Source: a virus. Taken from it: a stretch of 64,000 bases of DNA. Made by a program: the position numbers and the translations under genes. Shown one piece after another: positions 29,477-37,367 of this stretch (positions are counted from its first letter, which is position 1; every line of letters begins with the position of its first letter). The notes below the pieces were generated by a model. The model did not search any database, was not told the origin of the DNA, and was given only the letters and a program-made list of their open reading frames with translations. The stretch is from IMG/VR virus record IMGVR_UViG_3300017646_000001, positions 32,001 through 96,000 of that record, one strand, 5' to 3'.

Positions 29477-29752
29477 ATGGCTCATTCGGCTCAGCGCGTA
29501 CAGTACACCAAGGAAGACGGCTCCAGTACCGAGCGCGTCCTCATTCTCGATTCCAACGATACCGTTCTCGCCCTCGACGTGACCGATCTGACCGAAGAGC
29601 AGCGCCGTATCGTTGAGGAAGAAAACGCCAAGCACCAAGAATCCATCAAGGAGGCAATCAAGGCGCTGCGCTCCATGAAGGATCGACTGGCTCCTTACGG
29701 TATCGAACCCAAGTGGCGCTCATTCAAGCGCTCGGGGCTGAAGAGCCTGTAA
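29477..29752 (+). CDS. Hypothetical SH3/WYL-like protein
   Basis: YTKEDGSSTER...ALDV...WRSFK. Confidence 0.6.
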   Translation: MAHSAQRVQYTKEDGSSTERVLILDSNDTVLALDVTDLTEEQRRIVEEENAKHQESIKEAIKALRSMKDRLAPYGIEPKWRSFKRSGLKSL

Positions 29753-29757
29753 CCGCC

Positions 29758-30093
29758 ATGGGCGTTCAAACGCACGAGTGTCCCTTGGCGGGCATTCAAC
29801 ATCACGACGTCGACTCGGTACGGGAACAGCTGCGTGAACTCGCTCCGCTGCAGCTGCGCCCTGAGCCCGAGAACGAGTACGATCCCAACGCTGTGGGAGT
29901 GTACTACGAGGGCCACAAGCTGGGGTTTGTCGCTAAAACCGTAGCCGCCCGCATCAGTGCTCTGCTTCGGGGTGGCGCGCCCTACTCAGCCGTGATCAGT
30001 CAAATTGATTGGTCGGCTCAACCCTATCATCAAGTCCATATGGTCGTCGCCGTTCGTACCCCGGACGTAGAAGGCGAAGGAGTCACTGAATGA
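29758..30093 (+). CDS. HIRAN domain protein
   Basis: LRPEPENEYDPNAVGVY..GHKLGFV. Confidence 0.85.
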   Translation: MGVQTHECPLAGIQHHDVDSVREQLRELAPLQLRPEPENEYDPNAVGVYYEGHKLGFVAKTVAARISALLRGGAPYSAVISQIDWSAQPYHQVHMVVAVRTPDVEGEGVTE

Positions 30094-30401
30094 CCAGAGC
30101 CGCTGAATACGCTATTCGAAATCTGTTTAGCCAGATACCCGTGTCGAACTTCATGGTGTCCAACCGGGATTCGGCCGAAGCCGTGCGTCAGATGCTGTGC
30201 GACCGGGTGGTAGCTGAACTGCCGCCTGAAAACCCTGCTCCGCCGCGCAGCGTTTGGCGTGATCCCATCACCGATGCACCCAAGGACGGCGAACGCGTCC
30301 TGGTTAAAACCAACACCGGCAACGTTATGATGGTGAACTGGTATGGTCCCAGTATCATCCACCGTGCTGGCATCATCGCATGGTGTTACGAACCAGCATG
30401 A
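30090..30401 (+). CDS. Hypothetical protein (DUF551-like C-terminus)
   Basis: WRDPITDAPKDGERVLV...IIAW. Confidence 0.55.
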   Translation: MTRAAEYAIRNLFSQIPVSNFMVSNRDSAEAVRQMLCDRVVAELPPENPAPPRSVWRDPITDAPKDGERVLVKTNTGNVMMVNWYGPSIIHRAGIIAWCYEPA

Positions 30402-31651
30402 GCATATACCACCCCCTCACTTGGAGAAATCAGTTGGGTACCAAAGACAAGAAGCAAGGCCTGTTCCACATCTTACTGGACGGTGGGCATGGATCGAGCG
30501 GGAAGGGAGCGGCTGTGTGCCGTCTTGCCGAACTGCTGAAAGTGCAGAACTCGTCGGCCAACCACTCAGCCAACGCGGGACACACCATGGTACGCCCGGA
30601 TGGCGAAGCCTACGTGTTTAAGGCGCTGCCTTCGGCCGCTGCTCTGGGCTGGATGGGTTCGGAAGTGCGACCGCGACTCTGGGTGGGCCCCAACTCGGGA
30701 TTCGAAGAAGCCCAGTTCCTGAAAGAAATCCGGGACATGAAGCTGCGCATGAGCGACGTATTCGTCCATCACCGCGCCGCTCTCGTTCAAGACCACCACA
30801 AGCAGCTGGAAGGTCCGGGCGGCGCGCTGAGTACGCTGCACATTTCGTCCACCATGTCCGGTGCAGGTGCGACTTATGCGTCCAAAGCGATGCGCCAGCT
30901 CGACACTCTGTATGCAGGCGAAGTGGATTCGATCAAGGGTGTGGCTACCGTTGGCCGACCCGACTCCTTCTGGCGCGCCATTCAGTCGCGTTTGCAGAGC
31001 GGCGAAAGCTTCCTGCACGAGGTAGCCCAGGGCTTCGCTCTCTCGCTCGACTACGGCAACCACGACCGCCACGGTACGTTCCGCAACTGCACCGCGCAGC
31101 AGGGCGCGGCCGACATGGGTATCTTGCCGCATCAAATCGGCAACGTCTACCTCAACCTGCGTACTTACCCGATCCGTGTCGGCAACAACTTCGACGCCGA
31201 TGGCAACCGCGTTGGCTATTCGGGCGACTGGGAAGCCGACCAGCAAGAGCTGGACTGGGAAACGATCGGCCGCGCGGCCGGTATGCCGGAAGAAGAAATC
31301 CAGGCCCTCTTCTACAAGGAAAAGACTACCGTCACCAAGAAGCTGCGCCGCGTGGCTTCGTTCACCATGACCGGTACCAAGTTCGCCGCCGCGTTCAATG
31401 GGGCGACGCACCTGATCCTGAACTTCACATCCTACGTGGACTGGGCCTCGACCGACGTTAGCGGGGGTCGATCGGCCTACCAGGGCCTGTCGCGCCGCTT
31501 GCGCAAGTTCGTCGAAGATATCGAGGATGGCGTGGGCCTGCCCGTGGTGATGCTCGGTACGGGTGCGAAGCACGACTCGTTTATCTTGCCTTACGGTGAT
31601 ATCAACGTAGGTTCTCCCGCGTTGAGCCGCCAACCGAAACAGGCCGCGTAA
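30398..31651 (+). CDS. purZ: PurZ-like N6-succino-2-amino-2'-deoxyadenylate synthase (PurA paralog)
   Basis: GSSGKG (Ser where PurA has Asp), NAGHT, AQG, RTYPIRV, SG..DQQEL.W, TTVT..LRRV, and NF in place of PurA TKLD. Confidence 0.8.
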   Translation: MSIYHPLTWRNQLGTKDKKQGLFHILLDGGHGSSGKGAAVCRLAELLKVQNSSANHSANAGHTMVRPDGEAYVFKALPSAAALGWMGSEVRPRLWVGPNSGFEEAQFLKEIRDMKLRMSDVFVHHRAALVQDHHKQLEGPGGALSTLHISSTMSGAGATYASKAMRQLDTLYAGEVDSIKGVATVGRPDSFWRAIQSRLQSGESFLHEVAQGFALSLDYGNHDRHGTFRNCTAQQGAADMGILPHQIGNVYLNLRTYPIRVGNNFDADGNRVGYSGDWEADQQELDWETIGRAAGMPEEEIQALFYKEKTTVTKKLRRVASFTMTGTKFAAAFNGATHLILNFTSYVDWASTDVSGGRSAYQGLSRRLRKFVEDIEDGVGLPVVMLGTGAKHDSFILPYGDINVGSPALSRQPKQAA

Positions 31652-31671
31652 CCGGCAGCGCGTTCCACCTA

Positions 31672-31689
31672 GCCCGGCTTCGGCCGGGC
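31672..31689 (+). other. GC-rich cUUCGg hairpin between purZ and mazZ-like genes
   Basis: GCCCGGC-TTCG-GCCGGGC with no U-tract. Confidence 0.7.
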
Positions 31690-31712
31690 AAAATATCTCG
31701 GAATCCATTGAG

Positions 31713-32441
31713 ATGAATAACAGACAGTTTCAACATTTGCTGAACCAAGTCTTCGACCGGCTACAACAGCTTTCAGCTACCAAGGGACAAGAATATACCC
31801 AAGGCGAAGCCGGTGGCGAACGGCTTCGCAACTTCAAGCGACCCGCTGAAAACGTAGGTGATCACCCACTCAAGGCATGGTGGTACTACCTCAACAAGCA
31901 CTACGAGTCGATTACGACCTTCGTTAAGCAGGTGAGCGACGGCACGTTTGCGGGTCACGACCAGCTTTCTGAACCGATGGAGGGTCGTTTCCACGACCTG
32001 ATCCTGTACGGCATCCTGGGCATCGGGTTGATGCGCGATACTGTGCCCGTAGACGACCGTCAGCGTCAGCTGTGGGAAGACGCAGCTCATGAGCATGCTT
32101 ACCCAACCGAGCAGGCCGAGCCGCCAACAACCCTGCCCGAACTGCAGGCCTTCGTCGCCCAGTGGGCTGGTCAAGTTTTTCCACAGCGCACGCTTGATAC
32201 GATTCGCGCTAAGCTTGTGCACCACGAACTGCCAGAACTAATGGTAGCTCTCGGCGACCGCGATTGGGATAAGGTGGACGACGAAATGGTGGACAACGTC
32301 ATCTTGATTATGGACCACATGAGCTTGCGCGGCAAGGACTTGCTCACGGCTATTCGCGACAAGCAGCGTGTTAATCTGCGCCGACGTTGGCAGCAAGATG
32401 CGAACGGCGTCTCCTCTCACATCAAGGAAGAAAAAGAATGA
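31713..32441 (+). CDS. mazZ: Two-domain all-alpha NTP pyrophosphohydrolase: DUF1599-like N-terminus + MazZ/DUF550-like C-terminus
   Basis: N-terminal KGQEY..RLRNF..KH..EP.EGR.HDL..Y; C-terminal QWA..VFP..K...E..EL..DEMVD..IL..D..K..VN..R.W...NGVSSH; directly after purZ. Confidence 0.7.
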   Translation: MNNRQFQHLLNQVFDRLQQLSATKGQEYTQGEAGGERLRNFKRPAENVGDHPLKAWWYYLNKHYESITTFVKQVSDGTFAGHDQLSEPMEGRFHDLILYGILGIGLMRDTVPVDDRQRQLWEDAAHEHAYPTEQAEPPTTLPELQAFVAQWAGQVFPQRTLDTIRAKLVHHELPELMVALGDRDWDKVDDEMVDNVILIMDHMSLRGKDLLTAIRDKQRVNLRRRWQQDANGVSSHIKEEKE

Positions 32442-33124
32442 GCGGTATTCCTAAAAGTCACGTTTCTTCCTTTCCTGCTTATGGGCCGATGAGCTACATC
32501 GATGCGGCCTTTTCGACTTCGCATCTGCGCCGGTTTCACATGTGCCGCGTCCAGCGTGAGTCTCACCTGTCGGACCATACGGTGCGGGTAGCTTTCGCCT
32601 TCCGCCACTTCTTGCGCATGTGGCTGGACAACCGCGACGTGCAGGCTTGGCTGGATACACAACCATCCATTTCCATTACCAATATACGGCTCATAGGGCT
32701 AGAAATGGCGCTCGACCACGATCTACTGGAAGTGCTGACTGGTGACGTGGCTTCCCATGTGAAAACCCCTGAAATCCGCACCCAGCTTAAAGACCTGGAA
32801 AAACACTTAGCCAGCACGGTAGAACATGGGGAGTGGCACTTCCAGTCCACGTATCCTGAGACCGAAACCGATAGCCATAAGGTGGCATCTAAGCTGGTTA
32901 AGTTGGCTGATATTGCGGAATCCCTTATTTTCGCCTACTACAATCAGGGATTCGGTCCACTCATGCAGGATCGCAAGAGCCGCTGGGTGAACAATAACTA
33001 CGACAAGATGGCCACTCAGTACATTGACAACCTACCTGAGCCTTTCTTCCCCGAAAGCTTCCGCGTTAACATGCGCAACTTTATCGTGGATCGAAAGGCT
33101 GACGTCGCTCCACAACATGCCTGA
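32438..33124 (+). CDS. datZ: HD-domain phosphohydrolase, DatZ/YfbR-like
   Basis: LRRF...SDHTVRV, HDLLEVLTGDVASHVK, VKLAD; ATGA-coupled to the mazZ-like gene. Confidence 0.7.
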   Translation: MSGIPKSHVSSFPAYGPMSYIDAAFSTSHLRRFHMCRVQRESHLSDHTVRVAFAFRHFLRMWLDNRDVQAWLDTQPSISITNIRLIGLEMALDHDLLEVLTGDVASHVKTPEIRTQLKDLEKHLASTVEHGEWHFQSTYPETETDSHKVASKLVKLADIAESLIFAYYNQGFGPLMQDRKSRWVNNNYDKMATQYIDNLPEPFFPESFRVNMRNFIVDRKADVAPQHA

Positions 33125-33542
33125 TACCACCCACGGCATTAATTGTCCACAATGCGGCGGCGACTCCCGAGTTATTGATTCCAGGCCCATGGTATCAATG
33201 ATCAGACGCCGCCGCGCCTGCCGCGTGTGTGGATTTCGGTTCTCTACGGGAGAGATCGTACTGCCCGAGTCCGCTAGTTCAGACGCGGAAAGGATCGTTA
33301 CTGAAATCCAACAACACATAATTCACCAAGGCGGCAAGAAGTTTCAACACCGCAAGACGCCGGCCGAACGCATTATCATGGAAAAAAGGAAGAAGACTGC
33401 GCAAGCGGCGCGTATAGTGAAACAGATTAAGCCCTTTACTCCTCCTATTATTCCCAATACAGTGCTAGACGATCAAGCTAAGCGTAAGCGCGACTTGATT
33501 AACTCCAGGTACGAACAGGTACCGGACGAGGACGACTGGTAA
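33117..33542 (+). CDS. NrdR-like N-terminal zinc-ribbon protein without ATP cone
   Basis: CPQCGGDSRVIDSR...IRRRRACRVCGFRFSTGE. Confidence 0.75.
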   Translation: MPDTTHGINCPQCGGDSRVIDSRPMVSMIRRRRACRVCGFRFSTGEIVLPESASSDAERIVTEIQQHIIHQGGKKFQHRKTPAERIIMEKRKKTAQAARIVKQIKPFTPPIIPNTVLDDQAKRKRDLINSRYEQVPDEDDW

Positions 33543-33549
33543 ATACAGA

Positions 33550-33571
33550 TTGGGCCCCAAGCGGGGCCCAA
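33550..33571. terminator. Hairpin between convergent genes, probable terminator
   Basis: TTGGGCCCC-AAGC-GGGGCCCAA with weak U-tracts. Confidence 0.5.
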
Positions 33572-33590
33572 AATTTATGCCGTTTATTTG

Positions 33591-34619
33591 TTACAGCAGG
33601 GCGCGGGACAGCTCCAGGGCACGGTCCTTCAGCTTGCGGCCCATTCCGAACCAGGCGCTTTGCAGCCGGCTGTCGTCGCTCTTAGCGGCCACTTCGTGGT
33701 CCGCATACTCGCTGCACGCCGCCAGCATCTGCCACGCGGTACCGGACACACCCGGCAGGTCCGAACCCAGGGCTTCGCCGTCGTACAGGCGCATGATTTC
33801 CTTGTAGGCCTTGGAGGCCTTGACCTGCTCGGTGTTGCGCATGTATTCGGCGCGGCTGGTTTGCGGCGTCAGCAGAGCGACCAGGAATTCTTCGGTTTTC
33901 TGGGTGTTGAGCTGCACCTTGGCCAGTTCGCGGCTGGTTTCGAGAAAGGCGCTGAACTCGTCGTTGACGCTGGCCAGTTGAGCCTTGACCTTGGCTGGGA
34001 CGAACTTGGAGCTGTGCGGCACGTTGATGCGGCCGTCATGCGAACTGCCGTTGAGCGCCAGGGTGAAGGTGTTGTTGCAGACGACGCGAATCGGAGTGAA
34101 CATGGCAACCGTGCTCATCATGCCGTCGTAGCTGGTGGCCAGCAGCAGGCGCGACCGCACTTCGTCTCCTGGCGTCACTTCGCCTTCGAAGTTGGTGTTG
34201 GCCAAGCACCAGATGCGGCTGCCGCCCTTCAGGGAACCCGCGCTTTCCAGGGTGAAGCCCTGCTCGCCGACGAGGTCTCGGAAGAATTCCAGCACTTCAC
34301 CGGGCTGCACCACTTGGTACCGGCTGGACACCACGCTCATGGCGGCTTGCGTGTCGGAGCGGTACAGGACGTGGCGGTCCAGCATGCGGTGGAAGATTTC
34401 GGCTTCGCCCGTCTTGGGATCGCCTTCGACGTATTCCGGATTCGGTACCGCGTATTCGACCGGAGTGCGCTGGATGCTCCAGTTCAGGCCGGCCGCTTCT
34501 TGCCATTCGGGAATGGAAGCCTCCGAATCCAACTTCTTGCCGAACCCGTGCCAGGGAACTTCCCCAGCGTAGGCGATGGCATGGGTGCCATCTTTTTTGA
34601 CGTCCAAATCATGCGACAT
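33591..34619 (-). CDS. DUF932 (TIGR03299-type) family protein
   Basis: PWHG.G, AGLNW, YQVVQP, ESAGSLKGG, SYDG, TPIRVVCNNT, GTAW. Confidence 0.85.
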   Translation of the reverse strand: MSHDLDVKKDGTHAIAYAGEVPWHGFGKKLDSEASIPEWQEAAGLNWSIQRTPVEYAVPNPEYVEGDPKTGEAEIFHRMLDRHVLYRSDTQAAMSVVSSRYQVVQPGEVLEFFRDLVGEQGFTLESAGSLKGGSRIWCLANTNFEGEVTPGDEVRSRLLLATSYDGMMSTVAMFTPIRVVCNNTFTLALNGSSHDGRINVPHSSKFVPAKVKAQLASVNDEFSAFLETSRELAKVQLNTQKTEEFLVALLTPQTSRAEYMRNTEQVKASKAYKEIMRLYDGEALGSDLPGVSGTAWQMLAACSEYADHEVAAKSDDSRLQSAWFGMGRKLKDRALELSRALL

Positions 34620-34691
34620 AGTAAGCTCCAGAGGAAGTAAAGGGTGTGCTACCTTTACTGACGCTCAGAGAGCTTTCTGTTACCGGTAAAA

Positions 34692-35198
34692 CTACGCAGG
34701 TATACCCCGGTACTCGTCGAAACACAGCAGAATTAGATAGTCATGTAGTTCTGCTTTATACTGAGTACGATATTGGGGCAGTACGACTCGATGTTTATGC
34801 AACCGGTTAAACTTCAGCGGAACATAAGGCTCTAACTTAGCTTCATCCACTAGCCCCTGGGGCCGTTTTACCTGCAAAATGCATTCGGTAGGATGTAGAG
34901 GCACTACGACACTATAGTCCGTATAAGTGTCTGTCAGCTGCAGATCGTCGTGCCAGGGTACTTGATCCGCTATCAGTACATCCAACCCGACACGTCGCTC
35001 CGTATTGTCGAAAAATTCTCGTCGCCCGTATTCGATCAGCCGATCTCGCTCCTTTAACTGGGATACAATGTGGCTGCCTACAGTTTGTATACCGAAGATG
35101 GCTCCACCGTTTCGGGCAGAAGCCATCTCAATCAGATTAACTCCCAGTTTGTGGTATTCAGACGGGACGTCGATGGGGTTGTATTTGCGGATCGTCAT
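34692..35198 (-). CDS. Hypothetical protein
   Basis: 168-aa ORF in a minus-strand operon. Confidence 0.55.
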   Translation of the reverse strand: MTIRKYNPIDVPSEYHKLGVNLIEMASARNGGAIFGIQTVGSHIVSQLKERDRLIEYGRREFFDNTERRVGLDVLIADQVPWHDDLQLTDTYTDYSVVVPLHPTECILQVKRPQGLVDEAKLEPYVPLKFNRLHKHRVVLPQYRTQYKAELHDYLILLCFDEYRGIPA

Positions 35199-35637
35199 AT
35201 TCTTCGTATATTTTTTCTAATACTTGGGTATCGCGCGATTTGCCTGAGCCATAGTTGACAACTATCTGAGAATAGATTCGATCTGTAACATCCCGGTATG
35301 TAGCTCGTTCTGCGCTAGGTAGTGCCAATACCCGCATTAAGTCCCTCTCTGACATACCGTAAAGCAATAAGATGCGGAAGTTATAGCTACGTACCGCTTC
35401 TACCAAGAGCTTGGTAGCGCGGGTGACCGACTCCATGTCCGGCGTAGCGAAAGCGTGTCCTACCCCGCTATCCGACGCCGAGACATGAAACCATAGGTTG
35501 TCTTTTAGCTGGATAGACTGTCCTTGCACCAGATTAGGTATGGCCAGTAGGAGGCGTAACTCATGTAGGTTCAGGGTAAAACTCACCCTGAACCAAGCGT
35601 CTCCCACTCTCCCGGTATTGAAGTAAAACCGTTTCAC
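35158..35637 (-). CDS. Hypothetical protein
   Basis: 159-aa ORF in the operon. Confidence 0.55.
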   Translation of the reverse strand: MKRFYFNTGRVGDAWFRVSFTLNLHELRLLLAIPNLVQGQSIQLKDNLWFHVSASDSGVGHAFATPDMESVTRATKLLVEAVRSYNFRILLLYGMSERDLMRVLALPSAERATYRDVTDRIYSQIVVNYGSGKSRDTQVLEKIYEEYDDPQIQPHRRPV

Positions 35638-35828
35638 AGTTGAGAAGCCGCGAACGTGCCGATGTACTGGGTTTGGAGCTTATAGCTGGCTCCTAGGGCT
35701 TGAGCTAAGTCAGCTAAGCCCTGGTCCACTAGCACTCGTTGGATAAGCTCCATGTTGGCCCGCTCGGCTTCGGGTTCGGGCAGCCCGTTTTTGTTTAAGA
35801 AGAACTGGGTGAGATAGGACTGGCTCAT
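35634..35828 (-). CDS. Hypothetical protein
   Basis: 64-aa ORF with 4-bp overlaps on both sides. Confidence 0.55.
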   Translation of the reverse strand: MSQSYLTQFFLNKNGLPEPEAERANMELIQRVLVDQGLADLAQALGASYKLQTQYIGTFAASQL

Positions 35829-36646
35829 GCTTGGTCTCCGGCGTGATCCAATTGCAGCGGAGCCCCGGGCAGCATTTCAGCGTCCTCCGCGTCGTATTGT
35901 ACAATGCGGTTGACGTTGACCTTGTCCGCGTCCACGTGGCCTACTGCCACGGCGTCCGTAACCGGCAGCTTTTGTTCCTTGTAGGAGAAATCCTCGTTCG
36001 GAAACTGTTGCGCGACCAGGGCCTCTTTCAGCGCCACCAAGCTCGTGCCGTCGCTAGCATGAACTTCGGCGCGCTCTCGGCCATACACTTCGACCACCTT
36101 GCGCAGCAGCGCGGATACCATACCGCGACGATACTGGTCCTTCCAGCGGCGTCGAGTGGACGCGTACACAGGTTTACCTATGCCTTGTAGCCGCGCCAAC
36201 TCCGACTTCCACCCTTCGTCGGTCAAGCGGTTGATTTGATCCAGCAGGTACGAGAACGTCCATCGGGCCACGGTCACGTCGGCCGAATAGCCGAAGATAC
36301 GCATCGACGGTACGAGGTCTACGTTTTGATCCGGGCCCGCCATTTTCCACGTAATCCGGGTGTGGCATTGAAAGACCCGAGCCACTCCCGTAGCAAGCCA
36401 ATTGTAGTAGGTCGGCAGCTTCTTTTCATACTGATGCTCGGCCATTTCTTCGCTGACGATTTGGCCATCCTTGTGGCGTAGCTCGTGAGCGATTAGGTCT
36501 GCTTCTTCCAGCTGGTACTGGGCCATCATCTTAGCCGCTTGCGCGGCTGCCACAGCGGCTTCGTTTTGGTTGCCGCGCCCGTCTCGCGCCACGGCGTACA
36601 GCTTGCGAATGCGGTCCAGAATTTTCTGGAGTTTGTCTTCACTCAC
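35825..36646 (-). CDS. DUF2786 domain protein
   Basis: KILDRIRKL.A...NQNEAAVAAAQA.KMM.QY.L. Confidence 0.8.
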   Translation of the reverse strand: MSEDKLQKILDRIRKLYAVARDGRGNQNEAAVAAAQAAKMMAQYQLEEADLIAHELRHKDGQIVSEEMAEHQYEKKLPTYYNWLATGVARVFQCHTRITWKMAGPDQNVDLVPSMRIFGYSADVTVARWTFSYLLDQINRLTDEGWKSELARLQGIGKPVYASTRRRWKDQYRRGMVSALLRKVVEVYGRERAEVHASDGTSLVALKEALVAQQFPNEDFSYKEQKLPVTDAVAVGHVDADKVNVNRIVQYDAEDAEMLPGAPLQLDHAGDQA

Positions 36647-36935
36647 GTTCGTTCTCCTTCTTGGCGTATTTGGCGGGATTCAGCAAACGGTCCATGCGGG
36701 CGCGCTTGTGGTTCTTGTTGACTTGCTTGAAGATTGGATGTTTGGGCTCGGCCGCTTTGATCACCCGGCCAGTTTGGCCACGAGCACGGCGGGTGAGCTG
36801 CTTGTCGAAGTCGCGTACCAGGTTGTCCATTTCCACTTTGGTGGCTTCCTGCACGGCTTCCACCATGTTGCGCTGACTTCGGGTGGCCAAAGCTGCCGCC
36901 GCGATCGTAATCTTGGAACTTTCGGAAAATTTCAC
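36639..36935 (-). CDS. Hypothetical basic protein
   Basis: 98-aa ORF with a GGAG RBS. Confidence 0.55.
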   Translation of the reverse strand: MKFSESSKITIAAAALATRSQRNMVEAVQEATKVEMDNLVRDFDKQLTRRARGQTGRVIKAAEPKHPIFKQVNKNHKRARMDRLLNPAKYAKKENERE

Positions 36936-37008
36936 TGCGTATCTCCAGTTGTGTATATCGGCTTCTAACCTTTCCGATAGCGCCGAACCATATTGAAACG
37001 GTTGAACC

Positions 37009-37365
37009 GTGTTTCCTTCTCTGTACGCTGTGCAGTATCAGTATGAAAGTCAAGAAATCCTACTGGAGGACCAAGTGTCTCAGGAGGTTCACTTGGTGGA
37101 ATTTGCGCGGTTTAAAAGCATGGCCGTGACTTTCTTCGGCCCAATCCGCGCAGATCGTCTGATTAGTGAAGTGACCTCGGGTCGGCATATGTACCTCTCG
37201 TTTGTAGAGGGCAAGATGGGGTATAAGACTTCGAGTACCGATTTTCAAACTGCGTTTTATCAACGCGCTTTAAGCGCAGATAATATCGCGGTGGAACAAA
37301 ATATTGAAGCCGATCCTTTATTGGATTTGGAAGAGCATCATAAGTCTATCATGGGAACCGCCTAA
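37009..37365 (+). CDS. Hypothetical protein
   Basis: 118-aa ORF abutting the next gene. Confidence 0.5.
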   Translation: MFPSLYAVQYQYESQEILLEDQVSQEVHLVEFARFKSMAVTFFGPIRADRLISEVTSGRHMYLSFVEGKMGYKTSSTDFQTAFYQRALSADNIAVEQNIEADPLLDLEEHHKSIMGTA

Positions 37366-37367
37366 TA

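Noticed and set aside
30398-31651. Ordinary adenylosuccinate synthetase PurA as an auxiliary metabolic gene
   Set aside because: The catalytic Asp of GDEGKG is Ser, the GTP-specificity TKLD is absent, and the neighbours are MazZ- and DatZ-like.
31672-31689. Intrinsic terminator
   Set aside because: No U-tract follows the stem on either strand.
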